Positions 26,394 to 38,055 of a stretch of DNA of 64,000 bases are shown one piece after another; position 1 is the first letter of the stretch, and each line of letters opens with the position of its first letter. Both the position numbers and the translations under genes were made by a program. The notes beneath the pieces are model-generated. The model saw only the letters and a program-made list of their open reading frames with translations. It did no database searches and had not been told where the DNA came from. Source of the DNA: Escherichia coli (lineage in GTDB: Bacteria; Pseudomonadota; Gammaproteobacteria; Enterobacterales; Enterobacteriaceae); the NCBI RefSeq assembly GCF_044647545.1, contig NZ_CP172818.1, one strand, 5' to 3'.

Positions 26394-27011
26394 AACTCGC
26401 CCTTTGTCATAGACGTGCTGCGTATTGTTCAGATAATGAGAATTCATTTGTATCATGAAGCACGGTTGTTTTGCGGTAGGTTAAGATCAAAATTGCGCTG
26501 ATTAATCCTGGTTATCGGGAGAAGCTCGGTGATAAAAAGCGAATTATCTCTCGCCGCAAACAAATTATCACATGAATATTATCACCATAATGAATTTATT
26601 GTTTGGCCTTTACGAATCAGGATAATAGATAACTGGGCGCGTTTTTTAATGCCAACAAGTTAAAACAATCAGATTTTATTGAATAAATATTGGTTGTGTG
26701 ATTTTGCATTTTGCGGGAAGAGGTATCATTGAATTATAAATTAAATGAATGATATTTCTGTTTTTCATTAAGTATTTCTAACAACTTAATGTAGATATTT
26801 TAAATGTCTCCAGGCTATTTCACCAGATTATCATTTGATGCTAACCTTCTGACACATGCAGTGGAGTTGTTGTGCAGCAGGAGTATGCTGATATGAAAGT
26901 GAATGCTAAGGATAATTTATTCGCTTAATCTATTAATTTGCTGGAAACATTTAAGGAATGAATATCCTGAATAAACCATCATGATTTTTAGACAGTGGAT
27001 GTGGAGGAAAT

Positions 27012-27737
27012 ATGTTGCCAGGATGCTGCAAAAATGGAATTGTTATCAGTAAAATACCTGTTATGCAAGCAGGGTTAAAAGAGGTCATGAGGACTCACTT
27101 CCCTGAATATGAAATAATATCCAGCGCCTCTGCGGAGGACCTTACCTTATTACAATTACGTCGTTCCGGATTAGTCATTGCTGATTTAGCCGGTGAAAGT
27201 GAAGATCCACGTTCTGTTTGTGAACATTATTATTCTTTAATCTCACAATATCGGGAAATTCACTGGGTTTTCATGGTGTCACGCTCCTGGTATTCCCAGG
27301 CAGTAGAATTGCTCATGTGCCCTACGGCGACGTTATTGTCTGATGTTGAACCCATTGAGAATCTGGTCAAGACCGTACGTTCCGGCAATACGCACGCAGA
27401 GCGTATCAGCGCCATGCTGACCTCTCCGGCAATGACTGAAACTCATGATTTTAGCTATCGCTCCGTCATTCTTACTCTTTCAGAGCGCAAGGTACTGCGG
27501 CTATTAGGTAAAGGATGGGGCATCAACCAGATAGCTTCGTTGCTTAAGAAAAGTAATAAAACTATCAGCGCCCAAAAAAACAGTGCGATGCGTCGACTGG
27601 CAATTCACAGCAACGCTGAAATGTATGCATGGATAAATAGCGCGCAGGGTGCAAGAGAACTTAACTTGCCTTCTGTTTATGGAGATGCCGCAGAATGGAA
27701 CACAGCCGAATTAAGAAGAGAAATGTCGCACTCATAG
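27012..27737 (+). CDS. yjjQ: LuxR/FixJ-type transcriptional regulator YjjQ
   Basis: 241-aa ORF with C-terminal LuxR HTH; preceded by a long AT-rich intergenic region. Confidence 0.85.
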
Positions 27738-28372
27738 AAAAATGCGTCATGAGCAGTATCGGTATTGAGAGTTTATTCAGAAAGTTTGCGGGTAACCCTT
27801 ATAAGCTCCATACCTATACCAGTCAGGAGTCATTTCAGGATGCCATGTCGCGGATCTCGTTTGCGGCGGTCATTTTTTCTTTTTCTGCCATGAGAAGTGA
27901 GCGCAGAGAGGGATTATCTTGCCTGACTGAACTGGCGATTAAGTTTCCGCGTACCCGGCGTTTAGTTATTGCGGATGATGATATTGAAGCTCGGCTGATT
28001 GGTTCATTGTCGCCATCACCGCTGGACGGTGTATTAAGTAAAGCGTCAACGCTGGAGATTTTTCATCAGGAACTCTTTTTGTCATTAAATGGTGTACGTC
28101 AGGCGACCGACCGACTGAACAATCAGTGGTACATTAACCAAAGCCGGACGCTAAGTCCGACGGAGAGAGAAATATTGCGCTTTATGTCGCGTGGCTACTC
28201 AATGACACAAATTGCCGAGCAGCTTAAACGTAATATCAAAACGATCCGCGCGCATAAATTTAATGTGATGTCGAAACTGGGCGTCAGTTCTGATGCAGGG
28301 TTGTTGGAGGCCGCAGATATTCTGTTATGTATGCGGCATTGTGAAACAAGTAATGTGTTGCATCCCTATTAA
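27695..28372 (+). CDS. bglJ: LuxR-type regulator BglJ
   Basis: 225-aa ORF overlapping the yjjQ 3' end; C-terminal LuxR HTH. Confidence 0.85.
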
Positions 28373-28409
28373 TCCACATGATGCCGGGTTTACTTCCCCG
28401 GCAGTGCTT

Positions 28410-29198
28410 TCATTTCAGCGTACAATCGCCACATTGCTGCACATCCGGTAAGCGATAACGCTGGCAGCAAGTGCGGCGCACCAGCAGGCCGTCGCGTAGC
28501 ACCACGGTACGCCAGAGTGGATTATCTTCACCGTTCGTGAGCGTTTTCTCAAAAAAGAGGGCATGGCGCAGCGATTCAACCGTCGCCTCGCCGAGCAGTT
28601 GCTTCATCTCAGTGAGATACCAGTTGATCAAATAACCGGTATTACTCCAGATAAGTTTGCCGTTGATCTCTCCGGTCGCTTCTAGTGCCTGCACAACCGG
28701 AACCAGCGCCTGGCTGATTAACGTTTCCATTCGCTGCTGCGGCGAATGTGGTGTTGCGTTTTTATCTTCACACACATCGACCCAGAAACAGGCGGCACGG
28801 CCGGTTTCGTGAAACTCAGCATGGAAATGTTCCGGCGACACATCTAATGCTTTTTCCTGCGTCAGTAGCGCCAGCATTAATGGTGGCACCATCAGGCCGA
28901 TATACCATTGTGCCCATAGTGAGATCAGCGGTTTGTTCTCGCGGATCATCGTTGGTTGGTTGCGATAGATATGATCGGAATAGACCGCCAGTAGAGAACT
29001 TAGCGCATTCGGTGATGACCATTGCGCCAGCGTCATGGCGTTAAGCGGAGCGGGTTCATCCAGGCGGATAAACTCCAGCAAATGTTCACGATGTTCGGCG
29101 ATCGTCGCACGTACGGCTTGTGCAAGCCCAGCATCCTGCGGCTGGAGATGCGTTCGCCAGATGATATCTTCATAGAGCGGTGCGGAACGATAGGCCAT
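28410..29198 (-). CDS. fhuF: ferric-siderophore reductase (2Fe-2S)
   Basis: 262-aa ORF ending with the C-C-x10-C-x2-C cluster motif; recognised as FhuF. Confidence 0.9.
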   Translation of the reverse strand: MAYRSAPLYEDIIWRTHLQPQDAGLAQAVRATIAEHREHLLEFIRLDEPAPLNAMTLAQWSSPNALSSLLAVYSDHIYRNQPTMIRENKPLISLWAQWYIGLMVPPLMLALLTQEKALDVSPEHFHAEFHETGRAACFWVDVCEDKNATPHSPQQRMETLISQALVPVVQALEATGEINGKLIWSNTGYLINWYLTEMKQLLGEATVESLRHALFFEKTLTNGEDNPLWRTVVLRDGLLVRRTCCQRYRLPDVQQCGDCTLK

Positions 29199-29218
29199 AA
29201 TCGTGATAGTAATCTAAA

Positions 29219-29237
29219 TGATAATGATTGCTAATCA
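29219..29237. promoter_or_regulatory. candidate Fur box (fhuF promoter), imperfect
   Basis: gataatgattgctaatcat; first 9 positions match the GATAATGATAATCATTATC consensus. Confidence 0.4.
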
Positions 29238-29302
29238 TAGCGATAGGTTTACCCGATAGCAAGGGATTTCCCTGGCTTGCAAATGATAAAAATTATCATA
29301 TG

Positions 29303-29321
29303 ATATTGGTTATCATTATCA
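29303..29321. promoter_or_regulatory. candidate Fur box upstream of yjjZ
   Basis: gatattggttatcattatc, about 16/19 match to the Fur consensus. Confidence 0.5.
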
Positions 29322-29338
29322 ATGAAAGAGATGAAACC

Positions 29339-29575
29339 ATGTTGCAACGTACGCTGGGCAGTGGCTGGGGAGTGTTGCTGCCAGGATTGCTGATTGCAGG
29401 GCTGATGTATGCGGATTTATCGCCGGATCAGTGGCGGATTGTCATTCTGATGGGATTAGTATTGACGCCGGTGATGCTGTATCACAAACAGTTACGGCAT
29501 TACGTTTTGCTACCATCGTGCCTGGCGCTTATTGCTGGCATCATGCTGATGATAATGAATTTGAATCAGGGATGA
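29339..29575 (+). CDS. yjjZ: small membrane protein YjjZ (DUF1435)
   Basis: 78 aa from MLQRTLGSGWGVLLPGLL; two hydrophobic segments. Confidence 0.75.
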   Translation: MLQRTLGSGWGVLLPGLLIAGLMYADLSPDQWRIVILMGLVLTPVMLYHKQLRHYVLLPSCLALIAGIMLMIMNLNQG

Positions 29576-29613
29576 AAAATCAAGGAAGAAACAAGAAAGG
29601 AAGTAAAGATAAT

Positions 29614-29700
29614 TGGTGCGAGGGGGGGGACTTGAACCCCCACGTCCGTAAGGACACTAACACCTGAAGCTAGCGCGTCTACCAATTCCGCCACCTTCGC
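29614..29700 (-). tRNA. leuV: tRNA-Leu (anticodon CAG)
   Basis: 87-nt reverse complement matches GCGAAGGTGGCGGAATTGGTAGACGCGCTAGCTTCAGGTGTTAGTGTCCTTACGGACGTGGGGGTTCAAGTCCCCCCCCTCGCACCA. Confidence 0.9.
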
Positions 29701-29734
29701 ACAGTCATCTTACTTTTTTTGATATCGCCTCGTT

Positions 29735-29821
29735 TGGTGCGAGGGGGGGGACTTGAACCCCCACGTCCGTAAGAACACTAACACCTGAAGCTAGCGCGTC
29801 TACCAATTCCGCCACCTTCGC
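29735..29821 (-). tRNA. leuP: tRNA-Leu (CAG), variable-arm variant (GTGTTCTTACGGAC instead of GTGTCCTTACGGAC)
   Basis: Same 87-nt tRNA with a single C-to-T change; pairing preserved as a G-U wobble. Confidence 0.85.
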
Positions 29822-29849
29822 CCAGTGCGAGCAATATCAACGTGGTTTT

Positions 29850-29936
29850 TGGTGCGAGGGGGGGGACTTGAACCCCCACGTCCGTAAGGACACTAACACC
29901 TGAAGCTAGCGCGTCTACCAATTCCGCCACCTTCGC
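29850..29936 (-). tRNA. leuQ: tRNA-Leu (anticodon CAG)
   Basis: Third tandem copy, identical to the first. Confidence 0.9.
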
Positions 29937-30084
29937 ATACCATCAATTCTTAAAAAGAATTGCTACCACGGAGGCGCATTCTAGTGGTTTTCAGCTTTTC
30001 GTCAATAGTTAATTATCGCCGGAGGTGTAATTGCTGGAAAAATGTCCATCAGGAAACTAGCGTGCAGGTTTGGTAGGCATGCGG

Positions 30085-30190
<106 letters not shown>

Positions 30191-30203
30191 TTCGGCGAGA
30201 TAA

Positions 30204-31235
30204 TTAACCTTTCTTCGCCTGGCGGGTCATAATGGCGCGATACACCTTGAAACGCCCGGTTTGCGCAATCACTTCATGGAAGCCAAATGTCTCATCCAGC
30301 ACGTCCGGGTAAGGCAGGAAGGCGTTCGCTACAATTCGCAGCTCGCCGCCGCTATTAAGATGACGCACCGCGCCGCGAATCAGCGTTTGCGCCGCATCCA
30401 GGCTGGTTTGCATCCCATCGTGGAACGGCGGGTTGGAGATGATCATATCAAAACGACCTTTCACCTCGGAAAAGACGTTGCTGGCAAAGACTTCACCTTC
30501 AACACCGTTGGCCGCAAGTGTTGCGCGGCTGGCTTCTACCGCTGGCGCAGAGACATCGCACAAGGTGAGACGAATTTTCGGCGAATGGCGCGCAAAGGCA
30601 ACTGAAAGCACACCCGCGCCACAGCCGACATCCAGCACTTTACCTTTCGTGTGCGGGGTTAACGTCGAGAGCAGCAACTGGCTACCGACATCCAGACCGT
30701 CGCGGCTAAACACGCCAGGCAGCGTTTTGACCGTCAGGCCATCGACGCTGTATTCGCCCCAGAATTTATCGGCATCAAATACCGGCTGTTTTTCCAGACG
30801 ACCAAAATAGAGGCCACAGCGACGAGCGCTGTCGACTTTATTCAACGGCGCATAATCTGCCAGCATCTGCTCGGCGCTGCGCACGCCGCTGCGGTTCTCG
30901 CCAACGACAAAAATATCTGTCCCCACTGGCAGCAGAGAAAGTAAATTCATCAACTGGAACTGGGCTTCCGGTTTGTTCTTCGGCCAGTAGTAAATCAGCG
31001 TATCGCAATCTGCGACGTCATCCACCGTGGCGACCAGACTGAAACGGGCGTTATCCCCCATCTGGCGGCTTAATACCTGCCAGTGGTGGAATTGCTGGGT
31101 ATGAGCACGGCTGGCCGCGGTATCTAAACGCGCGGGCAGGTCATCCTGTAAGTCTCCGGCAAACAGAATACGGCTTTGTTCGAAATCATCACTGTGACGC
31201 AGCAAGACTTCACTTGCCGGGGTAAATGCAGACAT
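30204..31235 (-). CDS. rsmC: 16S rRNA (guanine1207-N2)-methyltransferase
   Basis: 343-aa ORF with SAM-binding motif [11 protein letters not shown]; recognised as RsmC. Confidence 0.9.
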   Translation of the reverse strand: MSAFTPASEVLLRHSDDFEQSRILFAGDLQDDLPARLDTAASRAHTQQFHHWQVLSRQMGDNARFSLVATVDDVADCDTLIYYWPKNKPEAQFQLMNLLSLLPVGTDIFVVGENRSGVRSAEQMLADYAPLNKVDSARRCGLYFGRLEKQPVFDADKFWGEYSVDGLTVKTLPGVFSRDGLDVGSQLLLSTLTPHTKGKVLDVGCGAGVLSVAFARHSPKIRLTLCDVSAPAVEASRATLAANGVEGEVFASNVFSEVKGRFDMIISNPPFHDGMQTSLDAAQTLIRGAVRHLNSGGELRIVANAFLPYPDVLDETFGFHEVIAQTGRFKVYRAIMTRQAKKG

Positions 31236-31337
31236 GGAATGCTCCTCAATTGATACTGGCGGCGATTATAGCCATATGTTGGCGCGGTATCGACGAATTT
31301 GCTATATTTGCGCCCCTGACAACAGGAGCGATTCGCT

Positions 31338-31751
31338 ATGACATCCCGACGAGACTGGCAGTTACAGCAACTGGGCATTACCCAGTGGTCGCTGCGTCGC
31401 CCTGGCGCGTTGCAGGGGGAGATTGCCATTGCGATCCCGGCACACGTCCGTCTGGTGATGGTGGCAAACGATCTTCCCGCCCTGACCGATCCTTTAGTGA
31501 GCGATGTTCTGCGCGCATTAACCGTCAGCCCCGATCAAGTGCTGCAACTGACGCCAGAAAAAATCGCGATGCTGCCGCAAGGCAGTCGCTGCAACAGCTG
31601 GCGGTTGGGTACTGACGAACCGCTATCACTGGAAGGCGCTCAGGTGGCATCACCGGCGCTCACCGAATTACGGGCAAACCCAACGGCACGCGCCGCGTTA
31701 TGGCAACAGATTTGCACATATGAACACGATTTCTTCCCTCGAAACGACTGA
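31338..31751 (+). CDS. holD: DNA polymerase III psi subunit
   Basis: 137-aa ORF MTSRRDWQLQQLGITQWSLRRP recognised as HolD. Confidence 0.9.
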   Translation: MTSRRDWQLQQLGITQWSLRRPGALQGEIAIAIPAHVRLVMVANDLPALTDPLVSDVLRALTVSPDQVLQLTPEKIAMLPQGSRCNSWRLGTDEPLSLEGAQVASPALTELRANPTARAALWQQICTYEHDFFPRND

Positions 31752-32166
31752 TTTACCAGCGGCTTACCACATTGAACAACGCGCCCACGCCTTTCCGTGG
31801 AGTGAAAAAACCTTTGCCAGCAACCAGGGCGAGCGTTATCTCAACTTTCAGTTAACGCAAAACGGCAAAATGGCGGCGTTTGCGATTACGCAAGTGGTGC
31901 TGGATGAAGCTACATTGTTCAATATTGCGGTCGATCCTGACTATCAGCGTCAGGGATTGGGAAGGGTGCTGCTGGAACATCTGATCGACGAACTGGAAAA
32001 ACGCGGCGTGGCGACGCTCTGGCTGGAAGTCCGTGCCTCAAATGCTGCCGCCATTGCCCTGTACGAAAGTTTAGGCTTTAACGAGGCGACGATTCGCCGC
32101 AATTACTACCCCACCACGGACGGTCGCGAAGACGCCATCATCATGGCGTTGCCAATCAGTATGTAA
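31720..32166 (+). CDS. rimI: ribosomal protein S18 alanine N-acetyltransferase
   Basis: 148-aa GNAT ORF ([13 protein letters not shown]); overlaps holD 3' end. Confidence 0.9.
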   Translation: MNTISSLETTDLPAAYHIEQRAHAFPWSEKTFASNQGERYLNFQLTQNGKMAAFAITQVVLDEATLFNIAVDPDYQRQGLGRVLLEHLIDELEKRGVATLWLEVRASNAAAIALYESLGFNEATIRRNYYPTTDGREDAIIMALPISM

Positions 32167-32180
32167 GACAAGGTGGAATA

Positions 32181-32858
32181 ATGAAGTGGGACTGGATTTT
32201 CTTTGATGCCGATGAAACGCTGTTTACCTTTGACTCATTCACCGGCCTGCAGCGGATGTTTCTTGATTACAGCGTCACCTTTACCGCTGAAGATTTTCAG
32301 GACTATCAGGCCGTTAACAAGCCACTGTGGGTGGATTATCAAAACGGCGCGATCACTTCATTACAGCTTCAGCACGGGCGTTTCGAGAGCTGGGCCGAAC
32401 GGCTGAAAGTTGAAGCAGGCTTGCTTAACGATGCCTTTATTAATGCGATGGCGGAAATCTGCACGCCGCTGCCGGGCGCGGTTTCTCTGCTTAACGCCAT
32501 TCGTGGCAACGCCAAAATCGGCATCATCACCAACGGCTTTAGCGCCTTGCAGCAAGTGCGTCTGGAACGCACGGGCCTGCGTGATTACTTCGATTTGCTG
32601 GTGATTTCCGAAGAAGTTGGCGTTGCTAAACCGAATAAGAAAATTTTCGATTATGCGCTGGAACAGGCGGGCAATCCTGACCGTTCACGCGTGCTGATGG
32701 TTGGCGACACTGCCGAGTCCGATATTCTCGGTGGCATCAACGCCGGGCTTGCGACCTGCTGGCTGAATGCGCACAATCGCGAGCAACCAGAAGGCATCGC
32801 GCCCACCTTGACCGTTTCTTCGTTGCACGAACTGGAGCAGCTCCTGTGTAAACACTGA
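32181..32858 (+). CDS. yjjG: HAD-family pyrimidine 5'-nucleotidase (dUMP phosphatase)
   Basis: 225-aa ORF with HAD motif FFDADETLF. Confidence 0.9.
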   Translation: MKWDWIFFDADETLFTFDSFTGLQRMFLDYSVTFTAEDFQDYQAVNKPLWVDYQNGAITSLQLQHGRFESWAERLKVEAGLLNDAFINAMAEICTPLPGAVSLLNAIRGNAKIGIITNGFSALQQVRLERTGLRDYFDLLVISEEVGVAKPNKKIFDYALEQAGNPDRSRVLMVGDTAESDILGGINAGLATCWLNAHNREQPEGIAPTLTVSSLHELEQLLCKH

Positions 32859-32948
32859 TTGCCTCCCCCCCGTTGATGGGTAAAATAGCCGCAATTTTTC
32901 GTTTTCAACAAGCGCGGCGCGATGCCGCTTACTCAAGAAGAAAGAATT

Positions 32949-34538
32949 ATGACGTTGTCTCCTTATTTGCAAGAGGTGGCTAAGCGCCGCACTTTTGCCA
33001 TTATTTCTCACCCGGACGCCGGTAAGACTACCATCACCGAGAAGGTGCTGCTGTTCGGACAGGCCATTCAGACCGCCGGTACAGTAAAAGGCCGTGGTTC
33101 CAACCAGCACGCTAAGTCGGACTGGATGGAGATGGAAAAGCAGCGTGGGATCTCCATTACTACGTCTGTGATGCAGTTTCCGTATCACGATTGCCTGGTT
33201 AACCTGCTAGACACCCCGGGGCACGAAGACTTCTCGGAAGATACCTATCGTACCCTGACGGCGGTGGACTGCTGCCTGATGGTTATCGACGCCGCAAAAG
33301 GTGTTGAAGATCGTACCCGTAAGCTGATGGAAGTTACCCGTCTGCGCGACACGCCGATCCTCACCTTTATGAACAAACTTGACCGTGATATCCGCGACCC
33401 GATGGAACTGCTCGATGAAGTTGAGAACGAGCTGAAAATCGGCTGCGCACCGATCACCTGGCCGATTGGCTGCGGCAAGCTGTTTAAAGGCGTTTACCAC
33501 CTTTATAAAGACGAAACCTATCTCTATCAGAGCGGTAAAGGTCACACCATTCAGGAAGTCCGCATTGTTAAAGGGCTGAATAACCCGGATCTCGATGCTG
33601 CGGTTGGTGAAGATCTGGCGCAGCAGCTGCGTGACGAACTGGAACTGGTGAAAGGCGCGTCTAACGAGTTCGACAAAGAATTGTTCCTTGCGGGCGAAAT
33701 CACTCCGGTATTCTTCGGTACTGCGCTGGGTAACTTCGGTGTCGATCATATGCTGGATGGCCTGGTGGAGTGGGCTCCTGCGCCGATGCCGCGTCAGACT
33801 GATACCCGTACCGTAGAAGCGAGCGAAGACAAATTTACCGGCTTCGTATTTAAAATTCAGGCCAACATGGACCCGAAACACCGCGACCGCGTGGCGTTTA
33901 TGCGCGTGGTATCCGGTAAATATGAAAAAGGCATGAAGCTGCGCCAGGTGCGCACCGCGAAAGACGTGGTGATCTCTGACGCGCTGACCTTTATGGCGGG
34001 TGACCGTTCGCACGTTGAAGAAGCGTATCCTGGCGATATCCTCGGCCTGCACAACCACGGCACCATTCAGATCGGCGACACCTTTACCCAGGGTGAGATG
34101 ATGAAGTTCACCGGTATTCCGAACTTCGCACCAGAACTGTTCCGTCGTATCCGCCTGAAAGATCCGCTGAAGCAAAAACAGCTGCTCAAAGGGCTGGTAC
34201 AGCTTTCCGAAGAGGGCGCGGTGCAGGTGTTCCGTCCGATCTCCAACAACGATCTGATCGTTGGTGCAGTTGGTGTGCTGCAGTTTGATGTAGTGGTATC
34301 GCGCCTGAAGAGCGAATACAACGTTGAAGCAGTATATGAATCAGTCAACGTTGCCACCGCCCGCTGGGTAGAATGTGCAGACGCGAAGAAATTCGAAGAG
34401 TTCAAGCGTAAGAACGAAAGCCAACTGGCGCTTGATGGCGGCGATAACCTCGCTTACATCGCTACCAGCATGGTCAACCTGCGCCTGGCGCAGGAACGTT
34501 ATCCGGACGTTCAGTTCCACCAGACCCGCGAGCATTAA
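32949..34538 (+). CDS. prfC: peptide chain release factor 3 (GTPase)
   Basis: 529 aa from [28 protein letters not shown]; G1 and DTPGHEDF G-motifs. Confidence 0.9.
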
Positions 34539-34930
34539 TTCTTGCCTCCAGGGCGCGGTAGCCGCTGCGCCCTGTCAATTTCCCTTCCTTATTAGCCGCT
34601 TACGGAATGTTCTTAAAACATTCACTTTTGCTTATGTTTTCGCTGATATCCCGAGCGGTTTCAAAATTGTGATCTATATTTAACAAAGTAATGACATTTC
34701 TGACGGCGTTAAATACCGTTCAATGCGTAGATATCAGTATCTAAAGCCGTCGATTGTCATTCTACCGATATTAATAACTGATTCAGAGGCTGTAATGGTC
34801 GTTATTCATCACCCATCGCTTTTGTGATGGCGACCATTGACTTCTGTAGAGGGTGAAGTCTCTCCCTATTCAGCAATGCAACCTCGTGTTGCCAGGCTCA
34901 AATTACGAGCAAACATACAGGAATAAATCG

Positions 34931-35536
34931 ATGACTATGACAAGACTGAAGATTTCGAAAACTCTGCTGGCTGTAATGTTGACCTCTGCCGTCGCGACCG
35001 GCTCTGCCTACGCGGAAAACAACGCACAGACTACCAATGAAAGCGCAGGGCAAAAAGTCGATAGCTCTATGAATAAAGTCGGTAATTTCATGGATGACAG
35101 CGCCATCACCGCGAAAGTGAAGGCGGCGCTGGTGGATCATGACAACATCAAGAGCACCGATATCTCTGTCAAAACCGATCAAAAAGTCGTGACCCTGAGC
35201 GGTTTCGTTGAAAGCCAGGCTCAGGCCGAAGAGGCAGTGAAAGTGGCGAAAGGCGTTGAAGGGGTGACCTCTGTCAGCGACAAACTGCACGTTCGCGACG
35301 CTAAAGAAGGCTCTGTGAAGGGCTACGCGGGTGACACCGCCACCACCAGTGAAATCAAAGCCAAACTGCTGGCGGACGATATCGTCCCTTCCCGTCATGT
35401 GAAAGTTGAAACCACCGACGGCGTGGTTCAGCTCTCCGGTACCGTCGATTCCCAGGCACAGAGCGACCGTGCTGAAAGTATCGCCAAAGCGGTAGATGGT
35501 GTGAAAAGCGTTAAAAATGATCTGAAAACTAAGTAA
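34931..35536 (+). CDS. osmY: periplasmic osmotically inducible protein OsmY (two BON domains)
   Basis: 201 aa from [28 protein letters not shown] (signal peptide); recognised as OsmY. Confidence 0.9.
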
Positions 35537-35664
35537 TTCGTCGTAATTCGTCCTCCCGAACTTTGTCGGGAGGCGCGATGTGCACCACACTAAAAATATC
35601 GCATTGAGTGATTTTCACGCTCATATCAAGCGGTGACATTAACTATGGTAAAGGAGACGCTTAT

Positions 35665-35826
35665 ATGTTTCGTTGGGGCATCATATTTCTGGTTATCGCG
35701 TTAATCGCCGCCGCACTTGGGTTTGGTGGTCTGGCCGGTACTGCTGCAGGCGCAGCTAAAATTGTCTTTGTCGTCGGGATTATTCTGTTCCTGGTGAGTT
35801 TGTTCATGGGCCGAAAACGACCCTAG
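35665..35826 (+). CDS. ytjA: small membrane protein YtjA (DUF1328)
   Basis: 53-aa [25 protein letters not shown] with RBS aaaggagacg upstream. Confidence 0.75.
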
Positions 35827-35857
35827 ATTTCAGACCATTAAGAAAATTTTATCCAAA

Positions 35858-35880
35858 GCCAGTCCAGCGGACTGGCTTTT
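35858..35880 (+). terminator. intrinsic terminator after ytjA
   Basis: gccagtcc-agcg-gactggc followed by tttt. Confidence 0.65.
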
Positions 35881-35946
35881 GCGGTTTTAGCGAATAATAA
35901 ATTGCGTTACTTTGTCATTCTTTCACAACAAAACAGGAAGGCAGAG

Positions 35947-37020
35947 GTGGGGCAGCGAATACCTGTAACGCTTGGTAATATTGCGCCGTTGTCGCTAAGG
36001 CCGTTCCAGCCTGGACGAATAGCTCTGGTGTGCGAAGGCGGCGGGCAGCGTGGAATTTTCACAGCTGGCGTGCTGGATGAGTTTATGCGCGCGCAGTTTA
36101 ATCCTTTCGATCTTTATCTCGGCACATCTGCCGGGGCGCAGAACCTCTCGGCGTATATCTGCAATCAGCCCGGTTACGCGCGCAAAGTCATCATGCGCTA
36201 TACCACAAAACGCGAATTTTTCGATCCATTGCGCTTTGTCCGTGGAGGAAATCTTATCGATCTCGACTGGCTGGTGGAGGCCACCGCAAGCCAGATGCCG
36301 TTGCAAATGGACACCGCAGCGCGGCTATTTGACAGCGGCAAATCGTTTTATATGTGCGCCTGTCGTCAGGATGACTACGCGCCGAATTACTTTTTACCAA
36401 CCAAACAAAACTGGCTGGATGTGATTCGCGCCTCCAGTGCAATACCTGGCTTTTATCGTAGCGGAGTGTCGCTGGAAGGCATTAATTACCTGGATGGCGG
36501 GATCAGTGATGCGATCCCGGTTAAAGAGGCGGCAAGGCAGGGCGCAAAAACGTTGGTCGTTATCCGCACTGTGCCGTCACAAATGTACTATACGCCGCAG
36601 TGGTTCAAACGCATGGAACGCTGGCTGGGTGACAGTAGCCTGCAGCCGCTGGTCAATCTGGTGCAGCATCATGAAACCAGCTATCGTGAGATTCAGCAAT
36701 TTATTGAGAAACCACCGGGCCAGTTGAGGATATTCGAAATTTATCCGCCGAAGCCATTACATAGTATCGCGCTCGGCAGTCGGATTCCGGCGCTGCGTGA
36801 AGACTATAAACTTGGGCGTTTATGCGGGCGTTATTTTCTGGCAACGGTCGGTAAGTTATTGACTGAAAAAGCGCCGCTGAGCCGCCATCTGGTGCCGGTG
36901 GTGACGCCGGAGTCGATCGTTATTCCGCCTGCACCCGTCGCCAACGATACGCTGGTTACCGAGGTGATAGACGCTCCACAGGCGAACGACCCGACATTTA
37001 ACAATGAGGATTTGGCTTGA
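35947..37020 (+). CDS. yjjU: patatin-like phospholipase YjjU
   Basis: GTG start; CEGGGQRG and GTSAG patatin motifs. Confidence 0.8.
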   Translation: MGQRIPVTLGNIAPLSLRPFQPGRIALVCEGGGQRGIFTAGVLDEFMRAQFNPFDLYLGTSAGAQNLSAYICNQPGYARKVIMRYTTKREFFDPLRFVRGGNLIDLDWLVEATASQMPLQMDTAARLFDSGKSFYMCACRQDDYAPNYFLPTKQNWLDVIRASSAIPGFYRSGVSLEGINYLDGGISDAIPVKEAARQGAKTLVVIRTVPSQMYYTPQWFKRMERWLGDSSLQPLVNLVQHHETSYREIQQFIEKPPGQLRIFEIYPPKPLHSIALGSRIPALREDYKLGRLCGRYFLATVGKLLTEKAPLSRHLVPVVTPESIVIPPAPVANDTLVTEVIDAPQANDPTFNNEDLA

Positions 37021-37901
37021 TTTGCCGTTTTATCGACACCCACTGCCATTTTGATTTCCCGCCGTTTAGTGGCGATGAAGAGGCCAGCCTGCAACGCGCG
37101 GCACAAGCGGGCGTAGGCAAGATCATTGTTCCGGCCACCGAGGCGGCAAATTTTGCCCGCGTGCAGGCGTTAGCGGAAAATTATCAACCGCTGTATGCCG
37201 CTTTAGGGTTGCATCCGGGGATGTTGGAAAAACATAGCGATGTGTCTCTTGATCAGTTACAGCAGGCGTTGGGAAGACGTCCGACGAAGGTGGTGGCGGT
37301 GGGGGAGATCGGCCTGGATCTCTTTGGTGACGATCCGCAATTTGAGAGGCAGCAGTGGTTGCTTGATGAACAACTGAAACTGGCGAAACGCTACGATCTG
37401 CCGGTGATCCTTCATTCACGGCGCACGCACGACAAACTGGCGATGCATCTTAAACGCCAAAATTTGCCACGCACTGGTGTGGTTCATGGTTTTTCTGGCA
37501 GCCTGCAACAGGCCGAACGGTTTGTGCAGCTGGGCTACAAAATTGGCGTAGGCGGTACTATCACCTATCCACGCGCCAGTAAAACCCGCGATGTCATCGC
37601 AAAGCTGCCGCTGGCATCGATGTTGCTGGAGACCGACGCACCAGATATGCCGCTCAATGGTTTTCAGGGGCAGCCTAATCGCCCTGAACAGGCCGCCCGT
37701 GTGTTTGCCGTGCTGTGCGAGTTACGCCCGGAACCCGCGGATGAGATTGCCGAAGTGTTGCTTAATAACACGTATGCGGTGTTTAACGTTCGTGGAGCCG
37801 AGCCGAAGCGCACGCACGCAGCACAACGAGCCCCTAGTCTGCCCTTCGTAAGCCGGATAAGGCGTTCACACCGCATCCGGCAGTCGACGCACAATGCCTG
37901 A
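37017..37901 (+). CDS. yjjV: TatD-family metal-dependent hydrolase YjjV; 3' end uncertain because the ORF runs into a REP array
   Basis: IDTHCHFDF TatD motif at the N-terminus; C-terminal ~30 codons are encoded by REP sequence. Confidence 0.75.
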   Translation: MICRFIDTHCHFDFPPFSGDEEASLQRAAQAGVGKIIVPATEAANFARVQALAENYQPLYAALGLHPGMLEKHSDVSLDQLQQALGRRPTKVVAVGEIGLDLFGDDPQFERQQWLLDEQLKLAKRYDLPVILHSRRTHDKLAMHLKRQNLPRTGVVHGFSGSLQQAERFVQLGYKIGVGGTITYPRASKTRDVIAKLPLASMLLETDAPDMPLNGFQGQPNRPEQAARVFAVLCELRPEPADEIAEVLLNNTYAVFNVRGAEPKRTHAAQRAPSLPFVSRIRRSHRIRQSTHNA

Positions 37902-38050
37902 TGCGACGCTGACGCGTCTTATCATGCCTACAAGTCTGTGCCGAACCGTAGGCCGGATAAGGCGTTCACGCCGCATCCGGCAGTTGGCGCACAATGCCTG
38001 ATGCGACGCTGACGCGTCTTATCATGCCTACAGGTCTGTGCCGAACCGTA
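37845..38050. repeat. tandem REP/BIME array (two ~105-bp units)
   Basis: Two near-identical units gccggataaggcgttcac.ccgcatccggcagt...gatgcgacgctgacgcgtcttatcatgcctaca.gtctgtgccgaaccgtagg. Confidence 0.85.
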
Positions 38051-38055
38051 GGCTG

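Noticed and set aside
26457-27011. Long AT-rich stretch upstream of yjjQ as a possible mobile-element scar
   Set aside because: It matches the known H-NS-silenced promoter region of the yjjQ-bglJ operon and has no terminal repeats or transposase remnants.
29614-29936. Possible CRISPR array or integrated island next to the tRNA-Leu cluster
   Set aside because: The ~87-bp repeats are complete tRNA genes separated by short unique spacers, not CRISPR repeats. No integrase, att-like direct repeats or foreign genes flank them; core genes (fhuF, yjjZ, rsmC) abut directly.
33207-34175. 322-aa ORF on the minus strand
   Set aside because: Antisense to prfC; spurious.
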